A DNA stretch of 64,000 nucleotides from an uncultured Candidatus Saccharibacteria bacterium (GCA_964537935.1 CAZICT010000001.1:6870-70869); one strand, 5' to 3'. Positions 45,540-55,980 are shown, numbered from the stretch's first letter. Numbers and translations are program-made. The notes: generated by a model not told the origin, from the sequence alone.

Positions 45540-48500
45540 GTGCCAAAAGCCAAGCTTACCAGTAAAGACTATGTCCATTTGCATAATCACACTCAGTATA
45601 GCTTGCTTGACGGCTTGACTCGACTAGGGCCGTTGATGGATTTTGTCAAAGAAAGCGGTATGCCGGCAGTCGCGATGACTGATCATGGCACCTTATCTGG
45701 CGCTATAGATTTTTATAAAGAAGCAAAAGACAAAAACATTAAACCTATTATTGGTATCGAAACCTATGTTGCTTCCAGAAAGCACACTGATAAAGATCCC
45801 GGTAAAGACAAACAGCGATATCACTTGATACTGCTGGCAATGAATAACACCGGCTATGAGAATTTAATGCGTCTTTCAACCATCGCTAACCTCGATGGGT
45901 ATTACTATTTTCCGCGTATCGATCATGAGTTGCTTGAGCAATACAACGAGGGTTTAATTTGTTTGAGTGCCTGTATGGGAAGCGAAGTAGGCGACGCAAT
46001 TAAGCGCGAACAATATGACCAGGCTAAATCCATAGCCTCCTGGTACAGATCAGTGTTTGGTGATCGTTACTATCTGGAAATCCAAGACCACGGGCATCCA
46101 GACAACCCTTTTCATAGCAAAGAACAGCAAGTTGTCAATGAACAGATATTGAAGCTGGGTAAAGAACTGTCGATACCAGTTGTAGTTACTTGTGATGCTC
46201 ATTATCTCAAGCACGAAGACCAGGATGCTCATGAGATTCTGCTTTGCGTAGGAACGGGATCATATCTGAGTGACGAAAAGCGTATGTCACTTAAGGAGTT
46301 TCCCCTGCATGTTACCGACCCTAAAGAATTAATTGATCGGTGGGGCAAAGATCATCCGGAAGTCATAACTAATTCCAGGGTGATTGCTGAAAGATGCGAA
46401 GTTTCGATTGATCTCGGAAAAATCCTTATCCCGACTTTTGACGTCCCTGAGGGTGAGACCGAAAAAACCCATCTTGATAAGTTGATTTACAAGGGACTGG
46501 CTTGGCGTTATGGTGGAAAAACCGAAGAAGAAGCCGCTAAACTCACGATCCCTGAGATAAAAAAGATATTAGCTAAAGAAATACTTGAACGAACTCAATA
46601 TGAGTTATCGGTTATCGATAATATGGGCTTTAATGGCTACTTCTTGATTATTCAAGATTTTATCAACTGGGGAAAAGAGCGAGGCATTGTGTTTGGTCCA
46701 GGACGAGGTTCAGCAGCCGGCTCGATAATCGCCTACGCACTTAAGATTACCGAACTTGATCCACTGAAATACGACTTACTATTTGAGAGGTTTCTTAATC
46801 CGGATAGAATCTCAATGCCGGATATTGATATTGATATTCAAGATACCCGTCGCGACGAAGTTATTCAATATTGTGTTGAGAAGTATGGTAAAGAAAAAGT
46901 AGCCAATATTGTTACCTTCGGTAGGATGTTTGCCCGCAACGCTGTTCGCGACGTTGCCAGAGTCCTGGAGGTGCCTTATGCTGACGCGGATCGTTTAGCC
47001 AAGATGATACCTGCGCCTATCCAGGGACGGCACATCCCGCTAGAGGTTTCACTCAAAGAAAACAACGATCTTAAAAGAGAGTATGAGACTAACGAGGTTT
47101 CCCATGAGGTATTGAATCAGGCTATGCGCCTGGAGGGAACTATTCGTAGTCACGGCGTGCATGCAGCTGGAGTAGTTATAGCACCGGATGATATAGTCAA
47201 ATTCGCACCGCTTGAAATGGCACAAAAGGGAGTAGTTACTACCCAGTATCCGATGGGACCAATCGAAGAGCTCGGTTTGCTTAAGATAGACTTCTTAGGT
47301 CTGTCCAACCTTACGATTATCAAAAACACGCTTAGAATCGTGAAAAAAGTATACGGTAAAGAAGTCGACATAAACGAGATACCGCTTGACGATAAAAAAA
47401 CATTTGAACTTTTACAACATGGAGATACCACAGGAGTTTTTCAGCTAGAGTCTGCGGGGATGAAACGCTATCTGAAAGAATTAAAGCCTACGGTGTTTGA
47501 CGATATCGTTGCTATGGTGGCGCTGTACCGGCCAGGCCCAATGCAGTTTATTGATGATTTTATCGCCCGAAAACACGGCCACAAAGAGATAACCTATCCG
47601 CACCCCAGTATGGAAAACGCCCTAAAGACCACTTACGGTGTTTTGGTGTACCAGGAACAAGTCATGCAGATAAGTAAGGAAGTTTGTGGATTCACCGGCG
47701 GAGAAGCGGATACGTTACGCAAAGCTATCGGAAAGAAAAAGGCCGATCTTATGGCCAAGATGAAAGACAAGATGATTGAGGGTGGCCAAAAGCATAGCGG
47801 CATCGACGCCGAGTTCATGAAACGCTTTTGGAAGCAGCTCGAGGACTTTGCTGCTTATTGTTTCAATAAGTCTCACGCCGCTTGTTACGGTCTTATCGCT
47901 TATCAAACAGCGTACTTAAAAGCCCATTACCCAGCTGCTTTCATGGCAGCCTTAATGACCAGTGATTCGGATGACATAGACCGGCTAGCTGTTGAGATAT
48001 CCGAATGCAAACACATGGGCATTGATGTTTTACCACCCGACATTAATGAATCGTTTGTGGAGTTCGCTGTCGTCCCAAAAACAAACCAAGTCCGCTTTGG
48101 GCTCTCAGCCATAAAAAATGTTGGTATTGGCGCTGTCGAAGAGATTTTACGCGCCCGTGGCGACCAGCCTTTCACAAGCCTAGAGGAATTCTTTGAAAAC
48201 GTAAACACCAGGATTGCCAATAGAAAGACTCTTGAAAGTTTGATCAAGTCGGGTGCTTTTGACCGCTTCGGACAAAGGAGCACGTTGCTCAATAACCTGG
48301 ATACCATGTTAGCTTACGCCTCACGTATACAAAAAGAGAAAGCCAGTGGACAAACCGATTTATTCGGAAATATGATTGAGGTCGAAATATCCAAGCCGCA
48401 GTTGACGCTCAATTCTGACGGTCCAAGCCATTCCCAAAGAGATATTTTACTTTGGGAAAGAGAACTCCTGGGGCTATATTTAAGTCAGCATCCGCTAGAA

Positions 48501-49166
48501 GATTATGAGGCTCTTCTTGCCGAACAGGCGATTCCGATCATCGAGCTAAAACCCGCACACGACGGTAGAACGGTTAGCGTCGGCGGTGTAATATTAGACG
48601 TGAGAGAAATTGTTACAAAAAATGGACAAAAGATGGCATTCGTAAAAATAGGTGACCGAGCTTCTGAGCTAGAACTGATACTCTTCCCCTCTATTTTTCA
48701 GCAAACTACTGGCATTTGGGAGCGAGATCGTGTGGTGTTGGCCAAAGGCAAAGTTAACGCAAAAGATCGGGAAGGTAAACTTATTGAAGACGTTAAAATC
48801 CTTGTCGATGATGCCAGGGAAGTTACATTCCAACAGGCCAAAGCCTACCAGTCAACCGGCAAAAAGAAAAACATTCCTAAGGCGAAAAAAGCTACCGCTC
48901 AGGCAACTGTCGCCAAGCCGTCTAGCGTAGTATCGGACGAAGTTAAACGGCTTTATATTCGCCTTGAGAAAAGTGACGATAATTCAATGCTGTTGTCATT
49001 AAAATCATTGCTTGATGAGAAGAAGGGCGATAATGAAGTTGTTTTGGTGCTTGGGCCTTCCGATAATAAGCAAATTATCCGTTTGCCTATGCGTGTATCA
49101 TGCACCCCAACTAACATTAATGCCATTGGTGAGCTTGTTGGCTCAAATAATGTAAAGTTACATTAA
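45540..49166 (+). CDS. dnaE: DNA polymerase III subunit alpha
   Basis: 1208 aa with the PHP domain start YVHLHNHTQYSLLDG, the polymerase core and an OB fold. An AAGGAGG Shine-Dalgarno precedes the GTG start. Confidence 0.95.
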   Translation: MPKAKLTSKDYVHLHNHTQYSLLDGLTRLGPLMDFVKESGMPAVAMTDHGTLSGAIDFYKEAKDKNIKPIIGIETYVASRKHTDKDPGKDKQRYHLILLAMNNTGYENLMRLSTIANLDGYYYFPRIDHELLEQYNEGLICLSACMGSEVGDAIKREQYDQAKSIASWYRSVFGDRYYLEIQDHGHPDNPFHSKEQQVVNEQILKLGKELSIPVVVTCDAHYLKHEDQDAHEILLCVGTGSYLSDEKRMSLKEFPLHVTDPKELIDRWGKDHPEVITNSRVIAERCEVSIDLGKILIPTFDVPEGETEKTHLDKLIYKGLAWRYGGKTEEEAAKLTIPEIKKILAKEILERTQYELSVIDNMGFNGYFLIIQDFINWGKERGIVFGPGRGSAAGSIIAYALKITELDPLKYDLLFERFLNPDRISMPDIDIDIQDTRRDEVIQYCVEKYGKEKVANIVTFGRMFARNAVRDVARVLEVPYADADRLAKMIPAPIQGRHIPLEVSLKENNDLKREYETNEVSHEVLNQAMRLEGTIRSHGVHAAGVVIAPDDIVKFAPLEMAQKGVVTTQYPMGPIEELGLLKIDFLGLSNLTIIKNTLRIVKKVYGKEVDINEIPLDDKKTFELLQHGDTTGVFQLESAGMKRYLKELKPTVFDDIVAMVALYRPGPMQFIDDFIARKHGHKEITYPHPSMENALKTTYGVLVYQEQVMQISKEVCGFTGGEADTLRKAIGKKKADLMAKMKDKMIEGGQKHSGIDAEFMKRFWKQLEDFAAYCFNKSHAACYGLIAYQTAYLKAHYPAAFMAALMTSDSDDIDRLAVEISECKHMGIDVLPPDINESFVEFAVVPKTNQVRFGLSAIKNVGIGAVEEILRARGDQPFTSLEEFFENVNTRIANRKTLESLIKSGAFDRFGQRSTLLNNLDTMLAYASRIQKEKASGQTDLFGNMIEVEISKPQLTLNSDGPSHSQRDILLWERELLGLYLSQHPLEDYEALLAEQAIPIIELKPAHDGRTVSVGGVILDVREIVTKNGQKMAFVKIGDRASELELILFPSIFQQTTGIWERDRVVLAKGKVNAKDREGKLIEDVKILVDDAREVTFQQAKAYQSTGKKKNIPKAKKATAQATVAKPSSVVSDEVKRLYIRLEKSDDNSMLLSLKSLLDEKKGDNEVVLVLGPSDNKQIIRLPMRVSCTPTNINAIGELVGSNNVKLH

Positions 49167-49168
49167 AG

Positions 49169-50212
49169 TTACTGAATAACCCCGACCGTTCGCACCAGAG
49201 TGATTCCGATGATTATCAAGCCTATGAGCGTACTGTCAAGTAATGGGTGGTGGATAATAAACTGCTCACTATTTTTAAGCAGGCGCTTTAACCCAACCGC
49301 ATGTTTAATTAGAAGTACAGTTACTGCCACTCCGACGATAATTCCGACACTGACGTAAGCCCAAGCAAGATTCCCGTTAGCCAGTGTTTGAATCCTCGCA
49401 ACAGGTCGGCTCTCAACTGCTTGCAGACCGGTCATATTGATTGAGTTAGGTATTGTAAAGTTGTCTTTGCGGGATTGGTCATTGGCGTGGCTTTTAGTTG
49501 GTGAGCCAGATTCTTGAGCCACAGGCGTTCGGGGCGGCTGGTTAGTTGGTTGGGCTTGGGCTACCTGGGGCGGTTGTGGTTCCGATTCAGGTTGGGGTGC
49601 TTGTTGTTGATTTGATTGCGCCAGTGTTTGGGGCTTGCCGTACATTGCTACCACCACGGTCTGCTGACCGGAATTGTTAAAGTCTTCAGAATTAGCGAAG
49701 CCAAATCCTACCTCGGTGAATTCGCTATCCAGCATATTTGCCTTATGTGACGGACTATTCATCCAGCCAGTTATGGTATCACTGCTGTTAAGAAAGCCAT
49801 AGGCTAAATTTTCACCGGCTTTCAGATACTGGTAACCAGCCGTATCAATAAATACCCAGGGCTCCTGACCGTCAGGTGTACTGTGCGACCAATAGTCTCT
49901 GGCCACCATGTCATTAGCTTTGCTTTGAGCGGCACTACTGAGTTGAGAATTGAGGGTTAAGGCGTTTCGCCCGTTGTTGGCTCGTTGGCTGTTAGTCGCT
50001 AAGAGAAGTCCATTGATGCTTGTATTTGTGGCGTAGGCGAGTATGCCGTGTCCAGGACGAGCGCCACTAAGCAAGATACTTAGAAGAATAGCTACAACTA
50101 ATGGAAGGTAGGGCAGATAAGTTTTGTGAAACTTCTTGGATCGGCGCTGGTGATGTCCTTGGCGCTTTTTTTGCTGGGTAGTTCTTTTTCGACTTTTTTG
50201 TTTTGCGGGCAT
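49169..50212 (-). CDS. CAP (SCP/PR1-like) domain protein with P/Q-rich linker and C-terminal TM helices
   Basis: 347 aa. It has a basic N-terminus plus a TM helix. The CAP motifs are YWSH....G and GENLAYGF...GWMNSP.H..N.L...F.EVGFG. Confidence 0.75.
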   Translation of the reverse strand: MPAKQKSRKRTTQQKKRQGHHQRRSKKFHKTYLPYLPLVVAILLSILLSGARPGHGILAYATNTSINGLLLATNSQRANNGRNALTLNSQLSSAAQSKANDMVARDYWSHSTPDGQEPWVFIDTAGYQYLKAGENLAYGFLNSSDTITGWMNSPSHKANMLDSEFTEVGFGFANSEDFNNSGQQTVVVAMYGKPQTLAQSNQQQAPQPESEPQPPQVAQAQPTNQPPRTPVAQESGSPTKSHANDQSRKDNFTIPNSINMTGLQAVESRPVARIQTLANGNLAWAYVSVGIIVGVAVTVLLIKHAVGLKRLLKNSEQFIIHHPLLDSTLIGLIIIGITLVRTVGVIQ

Positions 50213-50266
50213 GATTTTAATTTTCGTTTTATTCTAAACCGATTATATCATTAAGCCTAACTTAGT

Positions 50267-50917
50267 CTAGTCAGTCTCGGCTGCCGGGTTGACAAAGAAG
50301 TACCAAATGGCTGCTCCACCAAATAGAATTACCGCAAGCAACCACCAGTTTTGAGATAGCCAGCCGCTTTCTTCATCTTCTGACTCTTCATCGGCGGTTT
50401 CTTCCTGTGCTTCATCAGATGTTGTAGTTTGTGGCTCTCCCGAATCGTCGTCCGCCGTCACATCACCTTCACTGGCGGCTTGGCCCGTTTCATTAATCTG
50501 CTGCTGTAGTTCAGTGAAGAATTCTTCATTCTCAGCGGCGCTAATCACAACGCCAGGTACCGCAAAACCACCGATATTCTCAGTATAAGGAGCATTAATT
50601 TGGGTTGTTATTCCAAGTTCAAGTAATTTGGCGCCATTTGATTGTGCGATTTCATAAGCTTGAGCCGGTGAAAGCTCGCGACCATTTTTCTCTGCAAAAT
50701 CCAGCAGCATATGTGTTACACCGTCGCCAGGTTGAACGGTATAAGAGTATTCTGATTCTTGATTTTCTGCTTCTTGCTGACTGGACGTTTCGTCATCAGT
50801 GGCTTCGCTGTTTTCTTGTGAGTGTATCGGTTGCGTTAAAAATAGAACTGATAGTAAGATCGCTATACCAAGCACCTTAAGTGTGGTGTAAAACTTGCTA
50901 AAGGTTAGCTGTTGCAT
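50267..50917 (-). CDS. hypothetical secreted acidic protein with C-terminal TM anchor
   Basis: 216 aa with a signal-like N-terminus, very acidic D/E/Q-rich stretches, a YTVQPGDG segment, and a C-terminal hydrophobic helix. Confidence 0.5.
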   Translation of the reverse strand: MQQLTFSKFYTTLKVLGIAILLSVLFLTQPIHSQENSEATDDETSSQQEAENQESEYSYTVQPGDGVTHMLLDFAEKNGRELSPAQAYEIAQSNGAKLLELGITTQINAPYTENIGGFAVPGVVISAAENEEFFTELQQQINETGQAASEGDVTADDDSGEPQTTTSDEAQEETADEESEDEESGWLSQNWWLLAVILFGGAAIWYFFVNPAAETD

Positions 50918-51015
50918 TCGTGGAACCCTCCTGATATATAATTAGCCCCACCACATTTGATTATTACTTTACATAGGAAACTATAATTTTTCAATAATGT
51001 TTCTAAAAGTTGTTA

Positions 51016-51519
51016 TCACACCTTAATAAAACGCAAATGATAAAGTGCTATCGCAGCAGCCTGGGTAACATTAAAAGATTCTTTTTGACCCAGCATAGGA
51101 ATTTCTACAGTCATATCGGCAAGAGCAAGTATTTCAGGCTCAATACCTTCAACTTCACGGCCTACTATGAGCGCCGTTTTGTCTTCAGGATGAAACATTG
51201 GCAAGCTAATGGAATCTTTATGCTGTTCAAGGGCAATTATGCTGTAAGAATTGCTACGTAGATTACCAAGAACATCTTCGATACGCTGGTGATGGGCCCA
51301 GTCAACAGACTGCTCGGCGCCTAATGCTGTTTTAGTGATCATCCTATCAGCGTTTTTGGCAATATGGGGTAGACGTTCATCCTTTTTCATAATCGGGTAC
51401 GGTGTATAGCCGGTTAAAAACACCTTGTCTACCCCTAAGCCATCAGCAGTCCGAAGTAATGATCCGACATTATGACAACTGCGGAGGTTATGAGCAATAA
51501 GAATAATTGAGCGGTTCAT
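51016..51519 (-). CDS. TrmH/SpoU family RNA 2'-O-methyltransferase
   Basis: 167 aa with the N.GS..RTA...G and LI.G.E..G....L......IPM.G...S.NV..A..I.LY motifs. Confidence 0.85.
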   Translation of the reverse strand: MNRSIILIAHNLRSCHNVGSLLRTADGLGVDKVFLTGYTPYPIMKKDERLPHIAKNADRMITKTALGAEQSVDWAHHQRIEDVLGNLRSNSYSIIALEQHKDSISLPMFHPEDKTALIVGREVEGIEPEILALADMTVEIPMLGQKESFNVTQAAAIALYHLRFIKV

Positions 51520-51563
51520 ATTAACCAGAGTAGCAGATCACACTAGTTAGCAGTCTCTGCTTA

Positions 51564-51572
51564 TGCTTAAAT
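51564..51572 (+). promoter_or_regulatory. extended -10 element TGcTTAAAT, 6 nt before the pilB/gspE ATG
   Basis: The sequence tgcttaaat-agttgt-ATG(51579) has no Shine-Dalgarno. Confidence 0.4.
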
Positions 51573-51578
51573 AGTTGT

Positions 51579-53180
51579 ATGTCTCAAGATGCTCGACGCG
51601 ACGAAGAGCTTAGTACGCAACGTCGTGCCCAAATACTTAATCTGCAATACGCTGACACGTCCGGACCAGGACAAAAAGTGCTTTATAAAGATCTGCTCAC
51701 TAATGAAGAGTTATATCAATATAAGGTGGTGCCACTGTATTCTGACGACCATACAGTTAATTTTGGAGTTACCAACACTACATCCCAGCAGGTAATGTCT
51801 AATTTGAGGCAACGCTTTTTGGATCAGCGAGTGTCATTCGCATTAATTTCTGATACGGGGTATCGCGAATACATGAAACTTTATGATCCGCCAAAACAAG
51901 TGGTATATCACGACATCTCCTTGTCGTCGGCCGGGTCGGAAGAATTGCAGGAAACCGTTTCCGCAACATTGGCGCAGGTGCGAGCTGATGATATGTTGGC
52001 TTATCTGGTTCAACAAGCTCATAGACTCAATTCATCAGACATACACCTGGAAACCCAAAAGGAATATGTCAGGGTACGTTTTCGAATCGATGGAGTGCTA
52101 CACTCTATCGCCCGGCTGCAACACGATAAGTATCGGATATTAGTATCGGCTATTGCCAGTGCCGGAAATATATCAACCGCTTCTGAGGACGCACAACAGG
52201 GTCACATCTCCCAGGAAGTATCAATGGCTGATGGTGCACGCGTAGACGTTAACCTTAGGCTCGAAACAGTTCAAACGGTTAACGGCATGGATGTAGTTAT
52301 GCGGCTTTTCAATATGAATCAGGATATGTACCGGCTTGACCGCTTAGGGTTGTCGGAATCAGAGCGTAGGGTGGTCGACGATATTATTGATAAGCCGAGC
52401 GGACTCGTTCTGGTGGTAGGCCCCACCGGATCAGGTAAAACCACGACGCTGTATTCAATGCTTAACAGTCTCAATAATGAAGAACGAAAAATTATTACAA
52501 TCGAAGATCCGGTCGAGTACCAATTTAGCGGTATCACCCAAATATCCGTAGCCAGTAAGTCGGCACAAGAAACCAACTTCGCAGAACGGCTAAGGGCGGT
52601 TTTACGTTTGGATCCTGATATCGTTATGGTGGGCGAAATTAGAGATATGGATACCGCTAAAACGGCGCTTCAGGCATCGCTCACAGGACATCTAGTGCTG
52701 TCTACTTTCCATGCTTCTTCTGCTTCAGCGGCATTGGCTCGTCTTATGGACGTCATTGAACAGAACCCTTTATTCGTATCATCCATACGGCTGGTGATGG
52801 CTCAGCGTTTGGTAAGACGGCTGGACGAAGCTACAAAACAGCCCTATCAGCCTGATGAAACAACCCTAAATAAGATTGCTCAGGTTATAAATACGTTGCC
52901 TGAAGGAATAGAAAAGCCAAACTTGGAAGGATTACGTCTATACACTCCCGGTAGTTCAGCCGAAAACCCATACGGCTTTTCCGGACAGCTTGCCTTACGC
53001 GAGCAATTCATAATGAGCGGAGAAATACGCAGCCTGCTCGAAAAGGGACGCGCCACTTCGGCGCAAGAGATCGAATCTGCCGCCGTAAACAGCGGTATGC
53101 GAACTATGCTTCATGATGGAATCTTGAAAGTTATTGCTGGTGAAACAACGCTGGATGAAGTTTACCGGGTTGTCGGCTAG
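51579..53180 (+). CDS. type II secretion / type IV pilus assembly ATPase (GspE/PilB family)
   Basis: 533 aa with SDIH.E, R.R.DG.L, Walker A GPTGSGKTT, Asp box IITIEDPVE, Walker B and the His box (GHLVLSTFHA). Confidence 0.88.
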   Translation: MSQDARRDEELSTQRRAQILNLQYADTSGPGQKVLYKDLLTNEELYQYKVVPLYSDDHTVNFGVTNTTSQQVMSNLRQRFLDQRVSFALISDTGYREYMKLYDPPKQVVYHDISLSSAGSEELQETVSATLAQVRADDMLAYLVQQAHRLNSSDIHLETQKEYVRVRFRIDGVLHSIARLQHDKYRILVSAIASAGNISTASEDAQQGHISQEVSMADGARVDVNLRLETVQTVNGMDVVMRLFNMNQDMYRLDRLGLSESERRVVDDIIDKPSGLVLVVGPTGSGKTTTLYSMLNSLNNEERKIITIEDPVEYQFSGITQISVASKSAQETNFAERLRAVLRLDPDIVMVGEIRDMDTAKTALQASLTGHLVLSTFHASSASAALARLMDVIEQNPLFVSSIRLVMAQRLVRRLDEATKQPYQPDETTLNKIAQVINTLPEGIEKPNLEGLRLYTPGSSAENPYGFSGQLALREQFIMSGEIRSLLEKGRATSAQEIESAAVNSGMRTMLHDGILKVIAGETTLDEVYRVVG

Positions 53181-54307
53181 GTTATTACTTTTGCGATTTC
53201 CGGAACCAGTCTCTCGTCCATAACGCTTGGGATTATTTCTTCAGGCGAAGGATTGGCCACTAGACTGGCTATAACTTCCGCGGCCTTAATTTTGTGATTA
53301 TCAGTGATATCTCTAACACGGTTATCCAAAGCGCCTCTGAATATTCCAGGAAACGCCAAAGCATTATTGACTTGGTTTGGGAAATCGCTGCGACCGGTCG
53401 CAACTACGGCAGCACCGGCTGCTCGTGCAGCATCCGGAAGTATTTCGGGATCAGGATTAGCCATAGCAAAAATAATCGGGTCAGGCTTCATGCTCTTTAT
53501 CATTTCACCATCGAGCAAATCAGGTTTTGATACACCTATAAAGATATCGGCTCCCTTAACAGCATCGTTAAGCGATCCGTTCACATGATTCGGGTTAGTC
53601 AGTTTTAACAGCTCTTTCTTTTCATCATTTAGATCACTTCTGTCTGGACTGATAATGCCTTTGCTGTCTATGGCTAGTATTTCCGGATTACTGTAAGTTT
53701 TGAGCAAACGAATGATTGCCGTACCGGCAGCTCCGGCTCCGACGCATACAATACGGCAGTTATCGAGTTGTCGGCCGGTTAACTTCGTAGCATTGATAAG
53801 TCCGGCCAGGACCACTACGGCGGTACCGTGTTGGTCGTCATGAAAAACCGGTATCGGCAATTCTTGCTTGAGTCGCTTTTCGATTTCGAAGCACTGGGGC
53901 GCGGCAATGTCTTCCAGATTAATACCGCCGAAACTTGGAGCAATCGCTTTTACTGCGGACACTATATCTTCAATTGAATGTACGTCCAAGACTATGGGTA
54001 CAGCATCAAGATCGGCAAAGTGTTTAAACAACATGGCTTTACCTTCCATTACCGGTAGTGCGCCAAGAGGGCCAATATTACCAAGTCCCAAAACAGCAGA
54101 GCCGTCACTGATTACGGCCACACAGTTATTAAGCCAAGTGTAGTTACGAGCTTCATCGGGGTGTTCGGCAACATGGCGGCTAACCAAACCTACACCCGGC
54201 GTATAGTACGTACTTAGTTTATCTTTGGTATCAAGCGTGTCTTTTAATTTCAGAGCAATCTTGCCCTTAAGTTTTTGGTGTTGTTCGAGTGCTTGTTTGT
54301 AGTCCAT
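53177..54307 (-). CDS. NAD(P)-dependent malic enzyme (short form)
   Basis: 376 aa with YTPGV, VISDGSAVLGLGNIG, FGGINLEDI and GAGAAG motifs. Confidence 0.9.
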   Translation of the reverse strand: MDYKQALEQHQKLKGKIALKLKDTLDTKDKLSTYYTPGVGLVSRHVAEHPDEARNYTWLNNCVAVISDGSAVLGLGNIGPLGALPVMEGKAMLFKHFADLDAVPIVLDVHSIEDIVSAVKAIAPSFGGINLEDIAAPQCFEIEKRLKQELPIPVFHDDQHGTAVVVLAGLINATKLTGRQLDNCRIVCVGAGAAGTAIIRLLKTYSNPEILAIDSKGIISPDRSDLNDEKKELLKLTNPNHVNGSLNDAVKGADIFIGVSKPDLLDGEMIKSMKPDPIIFAMANPDPEILPDAARAAGAAVVATGRSDFPNQVNNALAFPGIFRGALDNRVRDITDNHKIKAAEVIASLVANPSPEEIIPSVMDERLVPEIAKVIT

Positions 54308-54450
54308 TCATAAATGATAACAAACATTCAGGGTTAATTAACAGCATGCGATGAAGATATGGAAATTTAGTTGAATTAATAAAATGACACCATAGTAACA
54401 GACGTGATATACTTGACCTAAAGAGATTAATCGTGTAAGGTTATTTAGTC

Positions 54451-55005
54451 ATGCAATCAGTTATTAGAGAGATTGAGAATCGCTATAAAAAGTCGCAAGT
54501 CGTTGATGTCAAATCGGGCGACACCGTTAAGGTGCATCAAAAAATACGAGAAGGCAATAAAGAACGTATACAGGTTTTTCAAGGACTGGTTATCAGAACG
54601 AACCGCAAAGGCAGCCACACGGCAACTATTACGGTGCGTCGCATTGCTAGCGGTATCGGAGTCGAAAAAACATTCATGGTTCACAGCCCATTGGTTGTTA
54701 AGATAGAAGTTACGAAGCGCAGCAAGGTACGTCGTAACTATCTTACCTATATGAGGGCTCGCACCGGTAAATCAGCTCGACTTGCCAATGTTGATTTCGA
54801 CCGACGTTCAGTAAATGAAATCGAATCCAAAGCAGAGGCTTCGGTTAAAGATGAACGACAAGAAGAAGTAAGTACAGAGGTTTCTTCGGAAGCTTCCAAG
54901 CAAGAAGCAGAGAACCAGCAGGCAGCCGAGCCAGCTGAAGCGGTAAAGTCAGACGAAGCTGCAGCAGCTGACAACAAGGCAGAAACCAAACCTGCGAATA
55001 AATAA
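54451..55005 (+). CDS. rplS: 50S ribosomal protein L19 with ~65-aa acidic/Ala-rich C-terminal extension
   Basis: The N-terminal ~115 aa match L19 (GD.V.VH.KI.EG.KER.Q.F.G.VI, RR...G.GVE..F..HSP). The tail is low complexity. Confidence 0.9.
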   Translation: MQSVIREIENRYKKSQVVDVKSGDTVKVHQKIREGNKERIQVFQGLVIRTNRKGSHTATITVRRIASGIGVEKTFMVHSPLVVKIEVTKRSKVRRNYLTYMRARTGKSARLANVDFDRRSVNEIESKAEASVKDERQEEVSTEVSSEASKQEAENQQAAEPAEAVKSDEAAAADNKAETKPANK

Positions 55006-55022
55006 CATTATTTCACTTATTT

Positions 55023-55057
55023 ATAACCGCTTATGAACATTGGAGCGGTTATTTTTA
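55023..55057 (+). terminator. Rho-independent terminator after rplS
   Basis: The stem ATAACCGCT / AGCGGTTAT is 9 bp with a 12-nt loop, followed by TTTTATTT. Confidence 0.7.
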
Positions 55058-55081
55058 TTTAAACCATGCAATAATTACTAT

Positions 55082-55645
55082 ATGCAGATAGCGGGTATTG
55101 ACGAAGCAGGGCGAGGCTGTTGGGCTGGTCCGCTCGTGGCAGCCGCGGTTATACTTACCGATGACATTAAAGGCATCAGAGATTCTAAAAGAATGAGCCC
55201 TAAACAACGACAAGAGGTTGCATCAGCCATTATAAATACTGCCTATGTTGGCGTAGGTATGGTATCTGCAGAAGAGGTAGACAGGCTGGGATTGACGCGG
55301 GCGACAGCAGTAGCGATGACTGAAGCGTTACAGAAAATTACGATTGACTACGAAGAAGTAATTATAGATGGAAATTATAATTATTTGCCCTATCTTCCAA
55401 GTGTAAGAACGATCATAAAGGCTGATGCTACCGTTCCGGCAGTTAGTGCAGCGAGTATTGTCGCCAAAGTTACACGTGATACATATATGCAAAAACTTGC
55501 ACTTACCCATCCGGTATACGGGTTTGATACGCATGTAGGTTATGGAACTCAGGCTCATCTGCGGGCACTACAGCTTCATGGTCCCTGCAGTGAGCATCGT
55601 CGCAGCTATAAACCCGTTAAGCGTATTATCAAGGATCTTCAGTGA
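55082..55645 (+). CDS. rnhB: ribonuclease HII
   Basis: It starts MQIAGIDEAGRGCWAGPLV (the DEAGRG motif). The track ORF start (TTG at 55040) lies inside the rplS terminator, so I use the ATG at 55082. Confidence 0.9.
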   Translation: MQIAGIDEAGRGCWAGPLVAAAVILTDDIKGIRDSKRMSPKQRQEVASAIINTAYVGVGMVSAEEVDRLGLTRATAVAMTEALQKITIDYEEVIIDGNYNYLPYLPSVRTIIKADATVPAVSAASIVAKVTRDTYMQKLALTHPVYGFDTHVGYGTQAHLRALQLHGPCSEHRRSYKPVKRIIKDLQ

Positions 55646-55980
55646 CTAATTATCACACCGGTCATATGGCCGAACAGCGCGCTGCCGGTTTTTTAAAAGA
55701 GCGAGGGTTCGAAGTCCTTAATATAAATTGGCGAACAAGGTACTGTGAAATCGACATTGTAGCCCAGCACAAAAATACAATTTATTTTGTGGAAGTCAAA
55801 TATCGCCGATCTAATCGACAAGGTCAGGGAATGGACTATATAACTTCTAAAAAACTGAATCAGATGCGGTTTGCTGCTGAAATATGGGTGTCACAGCACA
55901 AGTGGCGTAAGGATTATCAGCTCGCGGTTATAAGTATTGATGGTGAAGAAATCACCTTTATTGACCAGATCGATCCTTAA
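55642..55980 (+). CDS. YraN family endonuclease-like protein (UPF0102)
   Basis: 112 aa with G...E..A...L...G...L..N.R....EIDI.A pattern and FVEVK.R. Confidence 0.85.
   Translation: MTNYHTGHMAEQRAAGFLKERGFEVLNINWRTRYCEIDIVAQHKNTIYFVEVKYRRSNRQGQGMDYITSKKLNQMRFAAEIWVSQHKWRKDYQLAVISIDGEEITFIDQIDP

Noticed and set aside
55040-55081. TTG-initiated extension of rnhB, and likewise the 58634 start of nusA and the 16160 start of pheS
   Set aside because: The rnhB and nusA extensions run through, or abut, an intrinsic terminator hairpin and T-tract. The pheS extension runs through the extended -10 promoter element. In all three cases the conserved protein N-terminus begins at the downstream ATG.
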